Below, piece after piece: positions 1 through 9,166 of a DNA stretch of 17,266 nucleotides (its first letter is position 1; the number at the start of each line of letters is the position of its first letter). A program made the translations under genes and the position numbers. Origin of the DNA: Octopus sinensis. Lineage: Eukaryota. Where the stretch lies: assembly GCF_006345805.1 (NCBI RefSeq), contig NW_021824929.1, forward strand, positions 1-17,266. The letters run 5' to 3'. Under the pieces are notes generated by a model. The model ran no database searches and had not been told where the DNA came from. It saw only the letters and a program-made list of their open reading frames with translations.

Positions 1-110
1 TCATTAGAATAAGTACCAGACTTTAAAAAAAACAAGCCTGATTAAACCTGTCAAGGCGGGGCCCCAGCATGGCCGCAGTCCAATGACAGAAACAAGAGAA
101 AGATGAATGA
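1..110 (+). mobile_element. SINE family A, 3' portion (truncated by window edge)
   Basis: aataagtacc ... caaggcggggccccagcatggccgcagtccaatgacagaaacaagagaaaga. The same tail occurs inverted at 12019-12060, and the upstream module recurs at 500-612, 8238-8320 and 14735-14822. Resembles a common Octopus SINE (recall). Confidence 0.7.
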
Positions 111-499
111 TTAAAAAATAGTAAACTGAGAATTGACACATTTAACGTCGCGAGTCAAGAAATTTTGAATAATTCTAATTACATCTGTAATAAGAAGGAA
201 AATACTGGATTAATACTGCTTAAGAAATCAAGGGTATCCACTTCCTAATCCTAAGATAAATTAACTAAATATTGATTTAAAATAGAATACAGCAGGGGCT
301 GAGTCTTATATTTGACATATGTGAGACTACTACGGATATATTTAAGTCTTATTGCCACTCATCTGCGAAGTGTAATCTTGCCAGAACTAGGATGACTGGG
401 AAATATATAAAGAGTTATAAGAAATGAACAACGAGTGTTGTGACATCTTAAACATTCTGTCATAGACACCTGGTGAGAAATTTGGGAAAAAAGAAACAC

Positions 500-612
500 T
501 GCATTACATCGCCCGTGGGTATTTAGTTAGTACTTTATTCTATCGACCTCGAAAAATGAATAACAGCTCTGACCTCGGCGGGATTTGAAACCAGAGTATA
601 AAGAGCCAGAAC
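500..612 (-). mobile_element. SINE family A, 5'/central fragment
   Basis: Reverse complement reads ttcaaatcccgccgaggtcagagctgttattcatttttcgaggtcgatagaataaagtac, homologous to the + strand copy at 8238-8320 (ttcaaattcccccgaggtcggctttgccgttcatcattttggggtcgataaattaaat). Contains a B-box-like gtttcaaatc. Confidence 0.7.
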
Positions 613-983
613 AATTCTATACGTACTGCATCAAAACTTCATTTTCCATTTGAAAGCTCACAAGAGAAAACTCCCCTTGACAATCAACAGTCAGACATTT
701 TGAGAAAATATCCCATGCCCCAAATTCAACTTGAAGGAAAAGGGATCAAAACTTAAGGTCGCCTTCAGTGCAGGTTTCTGCAAACGGGATCCAACTCTAA
801 TAATCCACCGTACGTCTCCGTCGCTGCACGAATGCCATCTAGTCTTATTACAGCATTTACGTTTCTTCGCGCTTGATATATTTTCTCACCGCCCCCCCCC
901 CCCATATATATATATATCTCTTTATATATATATATAAAGTCCGATATGTATTCGTGTGTATGTTAATACATAGGCTATATATA

Positions 984-1015
<32 letters not shown>

Positions 1016-1023
<8 letters not shown>

Positions 1024-1263
1024 GTTGTATACTGTCAATCTAACAAGAACGTGACAGTAGGGGGTACACCACCGCTGTATAGCCCTAGGAAGCATCGAAC
1101 GCCTCCTGATGGCTTGACACATTTTTCCCTGTGTCATATAAGGACACAGGGAAAAATGTGTCAAAGCCATAAGGAGGCGTTCGATGCTTCCTAGGGCTAT
1201 ACAGCGGTGGTGTACCCCCTACTGTCACGTTCTTGTTAGATTGACAGTATACAACCATTCTAT
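1016..1263. mobile_element. Fold-back (palindromic) element / MITE-like, arms 120 and 121 bp, 7-nt loop
   Basis: 1016-1135 is the reverse complement of 1143-1263 with one mismatch and one 1-nt indel; loop atataag (1136-1142). TA dinucleotides at 1017-1018 and 1261-1262 flank the core. The inverted repeat is directly visible; the MITE call is inference. Confidence 0.85.
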
Positions 1264-1318
1264 CGCCCCACCACCGTACATGTCTCTACGAGAGATTTAG
1301 AAATTCAATATTTCTTAT

Positions 1319-1709
1319 ATATATATGGAAAAAAAGTCAAGATAGAAAATGCTAAAATAATTTTTATAAAAAACATTTCAGTACTGGTTTCAGTCATTGA
1401 GACTTTTTCAACTGTATGTATGGAAAACAGAAAAGTTTTTTAAAAGAATATTTGTATAGTGTTCAAATACAAGTGACATTTTCCTTGTTTCTGCCTGTAT
1501 CTCTTTCTCTTGTTTATTCTTGAGTAAAGAAGAGAGAGAGAGAGAGAAACAGACAGAAACTTTTTAAAAACTTTTCTTTTAATTTTCCCAAAATTTAATT
1601 GTTTTCCATACTTACAGTTGAAGAATTCTCAATGACTGAAACCGGTGCTGAAATGTTTTTTATAAAATTATTTTAGCATTTTCTATCTTGGCTTTTTTTC
1701 CATATATAT
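1319..1709. mobile_element. Fold-back MITE-like element with ~110-bp imperfect terminal inverted repeats
   Basis: 1319-1429 pairs with 1600-1709 (atatatatggaaaaaaagtcaagatagaaaatgc.../...gcattttctatcttggctttttttccatatatat). Inner arms 1430-1446/1560-1576 and ~1488-1511/~1530-1560. TA on both sides. Confidence 0.8.
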
Positions 1710-1759
1710 CAATTCGTGTGTTCCTTTTCAACCTTCAACATATATATATATATATAACA

Positions 1760-1890
1760 GGCTTCTTTCAGTTGCCGTCTACAAAATCCACTCACAAGGT
1801 TTTGGTCGGCCCGAGGCTATAGCGAAAGACACTTGCCCAAGATGGCACGCAGTAGGACTGAACCCGGAATCATGTGCTTGGGAAGCACAG
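1760..1890 (-). mobile_element. tRNA-derived SINE family B
   Basis: Homologous to 12160-12320 (-) and 15721-15882 (+). Minus strand contains B-box-like gggttcagtcc and ends gtagacggcaactgaaagaagcc, followed by a TA tract. Confidence 0.8.
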
Positions 1891-1906
1891 GCACTCCAGC
1901 GCTCAT

Positions 1907-1948
<42 letters not shown>

Positions 1949-1978
1949 TATATATATATATATATTATATATAGATAA

Positions 1979-2161
1979 CAGGGGTTGGACAAAATAATGG
2001 AAACACCTTAAAATTTCCAAACAAAGTTTATCTAAATATGGGGTAGAACCGCCTTTGGCAGTAATTACAGCTTGAATTCTACGAGGTAGGGACTTGTACA
2101 AAGTTTGGATTGTTTCGAAATGAATTTTTGTCCATTCTTCAGCTAAAAGAGTCTCCAGTTC
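1979..2161 (-). mobile_element. Tc1-family transposon 3' end: transposase C-terminus plus TIR
   Basis: Minus frame 2161-2036 reads ELETLLAEEWTKIHFETIQTLYKSLPRRIQAVITAKGGSTPY, matching the Tc1 C-terminal S(M/L)PRRxxAVIxAKGGxTxY motif. TIR-like caggggttggacaaaataatggaaacacc starts at 1979. Truncated by a (GTA)n tract. Confidence 0.85.
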
Positions 2162-2163
2162 TT

Positions 2164-2164
<1 letters not shown>

Positions 2165-2200
<36 letters not shown>

Positions 2201-2220
2201 CTGTTGTTGTTATTGTTACT
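2165..2220. repeat. (GTA)n then (GTT)n microsatellite
   Basis: Direct reading; explains the poly-Val ORF 2110..2331. Confidence 0.95.
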
Positions 2221-2512
2221 GAAGTATGTTGTGTGATTGTCAACAAGCAACGGAATGAATTCATCTCTCGAGTGTCTTGGTTTTTAGTTGAAGTTGAAAT
2301 AAGAATTACAGAAATTTTAAAACAAATCTAGTAATATTAATAAAACCTGGTTTATGTTATTGCAACAAAATGAAACAAAATGTAACGTAATAAATATACA
2401 ATATCACGTCATGTAAAATTTGGGTTTTTTTGTTATTAAAAGTATATAACATTATAGAAATGTGTAAAATATTACATATTAATGTTTATGATAAGATATA
2501 TATACATATATA

Positions 2513-2561
<49 letters not shown>

Positions 2562-2716
2562 ATACATGTGTGTATGTGTGTAGGTGTGGTTGTATGTAGG
2601 TATATGTATTTGTATATATAGGACTAGTGTGCATGTTTGTATATACATACATGCATATATATATATATGTATATATATATAGAATATATATATTATATAT
2701 TTATATATATATATAT

Positions 2717-2763
<47 letters not shown>

Positions 2764-2764
2764 A

Positions 2765-2982
2765 TATATATGCGCAGCAATTTCTTGTGTGCAATCTGCT
2801 CCGTTTGTTTATAAATATACTCGCTTGCTGTAAAGATTGGGTTAACACGTAAGTTAACGAGAGAATGTAATCAAGAGTGTTTTATATACATATATACATA
2901 TATATAATATATATGTACGTATATTATAAACATATATACATATAATAAATATATATATTACATCTATATATATATACATATA

Positions 2983-3025
<43 letters not shown>

Positions 3026-3176
3026 ATCTATATGTATATATATATTTATATATGTATATTATATGTTTATATATATACGTACATATATATTTATATATAT
3101 GTATATATGTTTATATATATACGTACATATATATGTATATATATGTGTGTATATATATATTTATATGTAATATATA

Positions 3177-3225
<49 letters not shown>

Positions 3226-3355
3226 GTATATATGTATATAAAACACTCTTGATTACATTCTCTCGTTAACTTAAGTGTTAACCCAATCTTTACAGCAACG
3301 CTGAGTATATTTATAAACAAACGGAGCAGATTGCATCACAAGAATTATGCTGCGC

Positions 3356-3362
<7 letters not shown>
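2765..3362. repeat. Inverted repeat with ~140-bp arms around a ~310-bp TA/CA microsatellite spacer (fold-back element)
   Basis: 2771-2905 (tgcgcagc...aatcaagagtgttttatataca) pairs with 3217-3356 (tgtatataaaacactcttgatt...gctgcgca), with about 4 single-base indels and 1-2 substitutions; TA on both outer sides. Confidence 0.9.
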
Positions 3363-3421
<59 letters not shown>

Positions 3422-3544
3422 ATATACATACATATTTCATGTAAGTGTGTGTTTTGCATGTATATATGAAAGCGAAAAAGGAAAAAAGATTCTATGCGTG
3501 TGCGTAAAAAGAATGAGAACTTAGGTAAAAAGAATGAGAACACA

Positions 3545-4110
3545 TAACAGGAAAAATGTATCCTTCATCTGCTGTCTTGCTAAGGATTCTTGCGGTTTGG
3601 ATGCCTGTTGATCAAACCGCTGTACTAGTGGTTTCAGTAGCCGTGAAACTTGATCAGTAGCTGTCGAATTTGATTCATAGGGCGTTGTACCGTTGGATCC
3701 AATCACAAAAGACGTAAACAATATGTAATTAAATGTATAAATTATTGAGGCAGAATAAAAAAGAACACAAAGGAAAAGAATACATATATGGTTAAATGTG
3801 ATAAAACAAAATAACAAATCAAAACAACGCTGTTCAGTTGTCTTACAATTGGTTTAGCCTCTTTCTCTCTAACTCTAACGTCTTTCTACTCTGTCCTCTT
3901 TTACTTCCGGCTTGCAGATTCTCGCTCCGCTGCAACCTTTCAGCTTGGTTTCTCACTGAAATTCGCCCTGAGAAACATCTCTTCCTCACCTCTCCTTTCG
4001 TCTACTCAAGAACTATGTTCGTGGCTACGTATAAATTTTATATAAACGCCTTTTCTCCCAGCATTGCATGTGTGCACTATTATCGTGTGTTGTTTTATTT
4101 AGTCATATTT
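3545..4110 (-). other. Non-microsatellite block, possibly a degraded LTR-retrotransposon 5' end (LTR-like sequence plus gag-like start)
   Basis: On the minus strand: TATA-like tatataaaa (~4035), a purine-rich run, a T-rich run, then a short Gln-rich helical-looking frame DQVSRLLKPLVQRFDQQASKPQESLARQQMK. No clear TG..CA ends or PBS, so the call is weak. Confidence 0.25.
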
Positions 4111-4128
4111 CGGTCATAAAAGACTAAG

Positions 4129-4166
<38 letters not shown>

Positions 4167-4179
4167 TTTGTGTGTGTTG

Positions 4180-4225
<46 letters not shown>

Positions 4226-4230
4226 TGTGT

Positions 4231-4399
4231 GAGTATGTATATTTATAAATATATATATATAGATGTATATGTATATAAATATATAAATACATATGTGTGT
4301 ATGTGTGTGTGTGTTTGCGTATGTGTGTGTGTGTGCCTTTTGTTTCATTAGTCGTTGTTTTTGTCCTTAGTTTTCCGTCTCACTTGTATGTTGTTGCAC
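4231..4399 (+). repeat. Dispersed direct repeat, copy 1 (copy 2 at 10068-10207)
   Basis: Shared irregular microsatellite gagtatgtatatttataaatatatatatatagatgtatatg... plus a unique part gccttttgtttcattagtcgttgtttttgtcct...gttgcac. Confidence 0.9.
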
Positions 4400-4571
4400 T
4401 TCCCCGGTTGCACGGGCGCGAAAGCTACGTTGTTATCCTCATTCCGTAAACGGTGGCTTTTAACGGATGGAGAGCTGAACCATCCTGGGGTACAGAGGAT
4501 TTACAATCTAGACTAGGGTCTGGAAGTTTACCACGCCATAGTGGTTTACACCATGGTTCCTCTGCTTTTGG

Positions 4572-4627
4572 CAGAAGTAGGAAGAAAGAGTGAGAGAAAG
4601 TTGTGGTGAAAGAGTACAGCGGGATTC
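4572..4627 (-). mobile_element. Inverted internal fragment of SINE family C
   Basis: Reverse complement gaatcccgctgtactctttcaccacaactttctctcactctttcttccta matches 4719-4760 of the adjacent + strand copy. Confidence 0.75.
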
Positions 4628-4630
4628 ACT

Positions 4631-4930
4631 GGTTTCGATTCCCAGACCGGGCGTTGTGAGTGTTTTTTTGAGCGAAAACACCTAAAGCTCCACGAGGCTC
4701 CGGCAGGGGGGGGGGTGACGAACCCTGCTGTACTCCTTCTCTCACTCTTTCTTCCTGTTTCTGTTGTACCTGTATTTCAAAGGGGCAGCCTTGCCGCATT
4801 CTGTGTCACGCTGAATCTCCCCGAGAACTACGTTAAGGGTACACGTGTCTGTGGAATACTCAGCCACTTGCACGTTAATTTCACGATCAGATCAGCTGGA
4901 ACCCTCGTCGTCGTAACCGACGGAGTGCCA
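4631..4930 (+). mobile_element. tRNA-derived SINE family C, lacking the A-box part of the head
   Basis: Begins at B-box-like ggtttcgattcccagaccggg (cf. head copy at 8431-8506); body ends ggaaccctcgtcgtcgtaaccgacggagtgcca. Resembles a known Octopus SINE body (recall). Confidence 0.75.
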
Positions 4931-5465
4931 CGAGTATGGACGCCGGAGAAGTATGTCCTACGCATCGTATATGATACACAGGGGAGGCAAAATGTTAAAA
5001 GACAAGACCTCCACTAAATTAACAAAGATGCGGATATAGGATTTCAAGAAAAAACGTAAATGGTAATTTTGGAATCCACATTAGGAACGCTTTATTGCAA
5101 TTCTATAAGTCTATGTAAACATCTCCTTCAAGCCTAAACGACACACTGTATATTTTTGCGTGTGTTTTTTTTTTACTTATTTAAAACAATTTCGAAGGTC
5201 AACCGCCCTGAACAGCTTTGGCACATTTTTACAATTATAACCCTCTGTGCTAGTGGTTGCGGGTACAAAGAGAAGATTGGGAGGAGTATCTTCTATGAAT
5301 AGAATAAAAATCGCGAGTCGGGAGGAAAAAAAACATAACCACAAAGGAATGTTTTTTTTTAAACAAATAGTAAAAAAGAAAACTGTTTAAAAATATTAAG
5401 TTAAAACACAGAATACAAATTCACCAGTTTATTTTTCTTTTAAGCATTTGAGTCTGTCAGCCTGT

Positions 5466-5750
5466 CTCATCTGTCTATAGATAGATATGTGTGTGTTTGT
5501 ATATATATATATATATATATAATATATATATAGATAATATATATAGATAGATAATGATAGATAGAATATAGATAGATAGATAGATAGATAATAAGATAGA
5601 TACATACATACATACCTCATACATACATACATACATACAACATACTCCATACATACATACATACATGCATACATACATACATACATAGCTAACTATCTAG
5701 CTAGATAGATAGGTAGGCAGGTAGGTAGGTAGGTAGGTAGGTAGGTAGAT

Positions 5751-5842
<92 letters not shown>

Positions 5843-5920
5843 ATAGATAGACATGAATGTATGCATGCACGTTTCCTTATTATGAATATATATGTGTGTG
5901 TGTGTGTGTGTTTGTGTGTG
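5466..5920. repeat. Compound microsatellite (TA, GATA, TACA, GGTA, GATA, GT)
   Basis: Direct reading. Confidence 0.95.
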
Positions 5921-6128
5921 TATTCAGACAAATACATAACAAAACACCAGGACTTACAAATATATATAACATACAGAAAATTGCACTACTGGGCATTGCA
6001 CACATCCAATGCAAAACACTTTCAATACAGTAACCATAAGAGCATCACAGCAAACCACAGCACATACCCAGGCACACAGAGCTGCGCTCGGTAGTGAAAT
6101 GAAAGCACGTTATAAAAATAAACTACTG
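5921..6128 (+). mobile_element. RLE-type non-LTR retrotransposon 3' end, family 1 (pseudogenised), followed by an (AAT)n tail
   Basis: 5921-5941 reads YSDKYIT; after a 1-nt frameshift 5944-6033 reads TPGLTNIYNIQKIALLGIAHIQCKTLSIQ*, matching the RLE-element terminal QKxALLGTAxILRKxL motif. A ~95-nt 3' UTR follows, then (AAT)n at 6129. Confidence 0.7.
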
Positions 6129-6173
6129 AATAATAATAATAATAATAATAATATAATAATAATAATAATATAA

Positions 6174-6253
<80 letters not shown>
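6129..6253. repeat. (AAT)n microsatellite
   Basis: Direct reading, a few interruptions. Confidence 0.98.
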
Positions 6254-6256
<3 letters not shown>

Positions 6257-6608
6257 TCGCATATTTGTTGTCAGCTGGGGCATGCTATATCTGTGTGTGA
6301 TAAGAAAGAAAGAAAAGTTGAGAGATATGACAGGTTAGCTTGGGAAGTTAAATAGTTGTAGTCGATGAAAAAGGTAGCAGTAGTACCAATAATTGTCGGA
6401 GCCCTGGGAAAAGTGAGCAAAGATCTCGAGTAGTACGTGGAACAAATAGGGGCTGCGTTATAGGTGGAGCACTTGCAGAAAACAGCACTGCTTGGAACCG
6501 CTCGAATACTCCGGAAGGTGCTCGAAAAATAAGAGGTGTTACCTTAGTTCACTGGTAGTGAACAGCTGACACCGTAGTACATCTCCAGTGTTAGAAGCTG
6601 TGCAAAGC
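6254..6608 (+). mobile_element. RLE-type non-LTR retrotransposon 3' end, family 2 (pseudogenised)
   Basis: 6290-6532 reads SVCDKKERKVERYDRLAWEVK*L*SMKKVAVVPIIVGALGKVSKDLE*YVEQIGAAL*VEHLQKTALLGTARILRKVLEK*, containing the K..(K/R)Y, VPIIVGALG and QKTALLGTARILRKVL motifs with four in-frame TAG stops. Short 3' UTR, then (AAT)n. Confidence 0.85.

Positions 6609-6668
<60 letters not shown>
6609..6668. repeat. (AAT)n microsatellite / retroelement tail
   Basis: Direct reading. Confidence 0.98.
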
Positions 6669-6669
<1 letters not shown>

Positions 6670-6924
6670 GTTTTCAATCAAAACAAAGATTTTGATCTAT
6701 GAGCAATGAACGGTTCAAAGATTAATCCAGTTGAGGATTTCAGGTTTCTTTGTAGTACGAGTTGCATTTCAGATGTTTCGTGATTTTCTTGGGAGAAACA
6801 GTTACAATTGTTTTAGACTCTTGTAATTTTGATAATATCATTGCTATATATCTAATAAGCTGACCTGCCAAACTTTTGTTATTCATTGTTGAAGGAGATG
6901 GATGTAAGAGTACTTTGGACACAC

Positions 6925-7668
6925 CCTATTGAACACCGCTTGTCACAGCTGACTGGTTTGCTGAATGTAATCGGGGTGTGGAGACAATTTTGGGAGTTCG
7001 CTGTGCCATAAAGTTTTGTGTTAAGCTGGGAGAAAGCGACACAGAAATATGGAAAGCTCCAGACTGGTCGTGGATAATCTTGTATGAGCAGAACATCTGT
7101 TTGACGCTGACAAAAGAGGGTCAAGCATAGCAAGCCCACCTTCCTCGATAGCAAGGGCATCACCTACATCCGCTGGGTTCCCTCTGGCCAAATGGTCAAC
7201 AAAGAGTACCTCGAAGAGGTGCTGAGAGAGTTCAAGAAGGCATTTCGTTACAAAAGCCCGGAACTGTTCCACTCGGGTCGGTAGCACCCGCATCAGGACA
7301 ATGCACCAGGTCACAATTCCGTCCTGGTAAACAACTGCTTGACAACTGTCCCTCACCCACCCTGCAGTTCAGACCTTGCTCCTTACGATTTTTGTTTATC
7401 CCCTAAACTGCAGGAGAACCTCAGGGTCAGTCACTTTGAAGACACCGAGAAAATGGAGGCTGATCAAGGCTTCTGGTCATCTTAACCTTTGGGGACTTCA
7501 CGGGGCCTTCATGAAGTGGCTGGAGCATTACAATAAGTTCACCGAAGTCAACGGTTTCTTCTATGAAGTAGATTAGTGTGTTTTTTTGTTTGTTTGTTTG
7601 TTTTTGTTGTTTTTTTTTTGCTTCTTTGAAATTATTAAATGTCCCTCCGGAAAATGTCTCAGAACTTA
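6925..7668 (+). mobile_element. Degraded, internally deleted mariner element
   Basis: From 6999: RCAIKFCVKLGESDTE (N-terminus). From 7141: FLDSKGITYIRWVPSGQMVNKEYLEEVLREFKKAFRYKSPELFHSGR*HPHQDNAPGHN...VPHPPCSSDLAPYDFCLSPKLQENLR. C-terminus HGAFMKWLEHYNKFTEVNGFFYEVD* ends at 7576. Only 24 residues lie between the DNA and S-D-LAP aspartates versus 34 in mariner, implying a deletion. Confidence 0.85.
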
Positions 7669-8110
7669 TGGAAGTCAAGACTGTCAAGGGGAACTAAGAT
7701 CAGGCTGTTCCTTACCGCTGTTGTGTCAGTGTTTTTGTATGGCAGCGAAACATGGACATTTACTGAACAAACAAGTGTTTAGAAAGCGGCAATACAAGAA
7801 AGCTACGAATGGCCTGGGATGCGAAATGGCAACAGCACCTGAGCATCTTTATGGAAGCCTTCCAAAAGTGGCCAACAAAATCAAAGAACGACAGTTTCGC
7901 ATGTCAAGTCACTGAATGCGGCACCAAAAAGAAGAAGTGTGAAAACTTTTGCTCAGGAACCCAGATGGCACCGTCAAGTGCAGGAAATATCATCTGTCAT
8001 TTATCGACAACCTGGGGGAGGACACAGGATTGGATTCTATCCACCAACTAAAGGCGACCATGATGAATCAAGATGTTTGACGAAATGGCTTTGGCTTCGA
8101 TCAAAGTAAA
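7669..8110 (+). mobile_element. RTE-clade LINE, 5'-truncated 3' fragment (pseudogenised)
   Basis: WKSRLSRGTKIRLFLTAVVSVFLYGSETWTFT (LYGSETWT motif); then RKLRMAWDAKWQQHL / LYGSLPKVANKIKERQFRMSSH*MRHQKEEV*KLLL...SFIDNLGEDTGLDSIHQLKATMMNQDV*, with frameshifts and stops. Confidence 0.85.
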
Positions 8111-8237
8111 CTATCAGTTTGGCTATACACCCGATAAAAAAAAAACGTATGTATTAATGAAAATTAGGCGAAGAACTGGCAAAATCGATAATATGCCGGG
8201 CAAAATGCTTAAAAGCATTTTGTCTGCCTTTGCGTTT

Positions 8238-8320
8238 TGGGTTCAAATTCCCCCGAGGTCGGCTTTGCCGTTCATCATTTTGGGGTCGATAAATTAAATA
8301 ACAGTGAAACACTAGGGGAG
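8238..8320 (+). mobile_element. SINE family A fragment
   Basis: tgggttcaaattcccccgaggtcggctttgccgttcatcattttggggtcgataaattaaat; B-box-like ggttcaaattcc; homologous to 500-612. Confidence 0.7.
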
Positions 8321-8430
8321 GGAGCAAAAGTTGTGAGAAAATTGTGGCGAAAGAGTCAGCAGAAGTTCGCAATTACCTTCTGCTTGAGCCGCGTAGATCT
8401 GAGATATTTCGCTCATACACACACACATCA

Positions 8431-8506
8431 CCCGGTCTGAGATTCGAACCCGCGATTTCTCGATTGCGAGTTCGCTACTTTAATCACTAGGCCATGTGCC
8501 TCCACA
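8431..8506 (-). mobile_element. tRNA-derived head of SINE family C (not a functional tRNA)
   Basis: Minus strand tgtggaggcacatggcctagtgattaaagtagcgaactcgcaatcgagaaatcgcgggttcgaatctcagaccggg has A-box-like tggcctagtga and B-box ggttcgaatc; its end matches the start of the copy at 4631. Confidence 0.7.
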
Positions 8507-8600
8507 ATGTGCAAGTTAGCTGGGTGATTTCTTTTCTGAAAACCCCAGCTTATCCCGATTGCGACTTAGGCATTTACTTATGTATGTATGTATGTATGTA

Positions 8601-9166
8601 TTGGGTTGTCCGGAAAGTCCGTGCCGATTTTTAAAGGAAAGAAAAAGGTCAATAAATACTTGCCATTACATTTTTAATCAACCAAATATGAACTATTTTG
8701 TTGCACAATGCGTCTCCATCTTTCCTTCAACTTGAAAATACCCTCTTCCCAGAATTAAGGTGGTTTCGTGGCAAAGAATTCATCAAGGTATCTTTTTACA
8801 TCATCCAAGGAATTGAAATCTTTACCATTAAGACTATTCTGCAGAGACCTGAATAAGTGGAAATCCGAAGGAGCAGTATCTGATGAATATGGTGGGTGGG
8901 GTAACACACTCCAGCCGAGCTGCAGCAATTTTTGTCTGGTTCCCAAAGCATCAAGTGCTGAAAATGAATTTTCTTATCTTCCATTTTAAAGGTTTACAGA
9001 ATTAACACAGGTCATAGGAACATAAACCTTCTTCCACGAAAAGATAGCTTAAACTGTGCTCTAAATGGAGGTGTAGTCAAATCATATTTTATGGACTTAA
9101 TCATTTTCTAAAATAAGTCGAAAGGTAAGCGACTATAAATCGGCACGAACTTTCCGGACAGCCCAA
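8601..9166 (-). mobile_element. Complete non-autonomous (internally deleted) mariner element, 566 bp
   Basis: 30-bp TIRs at 8601-8630 (ttgggttgtccggaaagtccgtgccgattt) and 9137-9166, 2 mismatches; TA at 8599-8600 and 9167-9168. N-terminus MEDKKIHFQHLMLWE (from 8984) is joined to C-terminal TRQKLLQLGWSVLPHPPYSSDTAPSDFHLFRSLQNSLNGKDFNSLDDVKRYLDEFFATKPP*FWEEGIFKLKERWRRIVQQNSSYLVD* (stop 8674-8676). Confidence 0.93.

Noticed and set aside
620-890. Short protein-like frames (SSQEKTPLDNQQSDILRKYPMPQ; ORF 731..937)
   Set aside because: No recognisable domain and no convincing acceptor/donor pair.
4400-4572. Possible RTE fragment (LEVYHAIVV and SSAFGR motifs)
   Set aside because: The motifs are in different frames and in the wrong order relative to RTE; left unassigned.
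6290-6532. All four premature stops in the RLE fragment are TAG, suggesting readthrough or A-to-I recoding
   Set aside because: The fragment is 5'-truncated with no start. The stops are mostly explained by single substitutions from CAG, TGG or AAG, which is ordinary decay.
6129-6668. CRISPR-like repeat-spacer array
   Set aside because: The repeats are simple trinucleotide tracts, the intervening DNA is retroelement sequence, and the DNA is eukaryotic.
8431-8506. tRNA gene
   Set aside because: A/B-box-like motifs are present, but I could not form a proper acceptor stem, and the 3' end matches the SINE body start at 4631.
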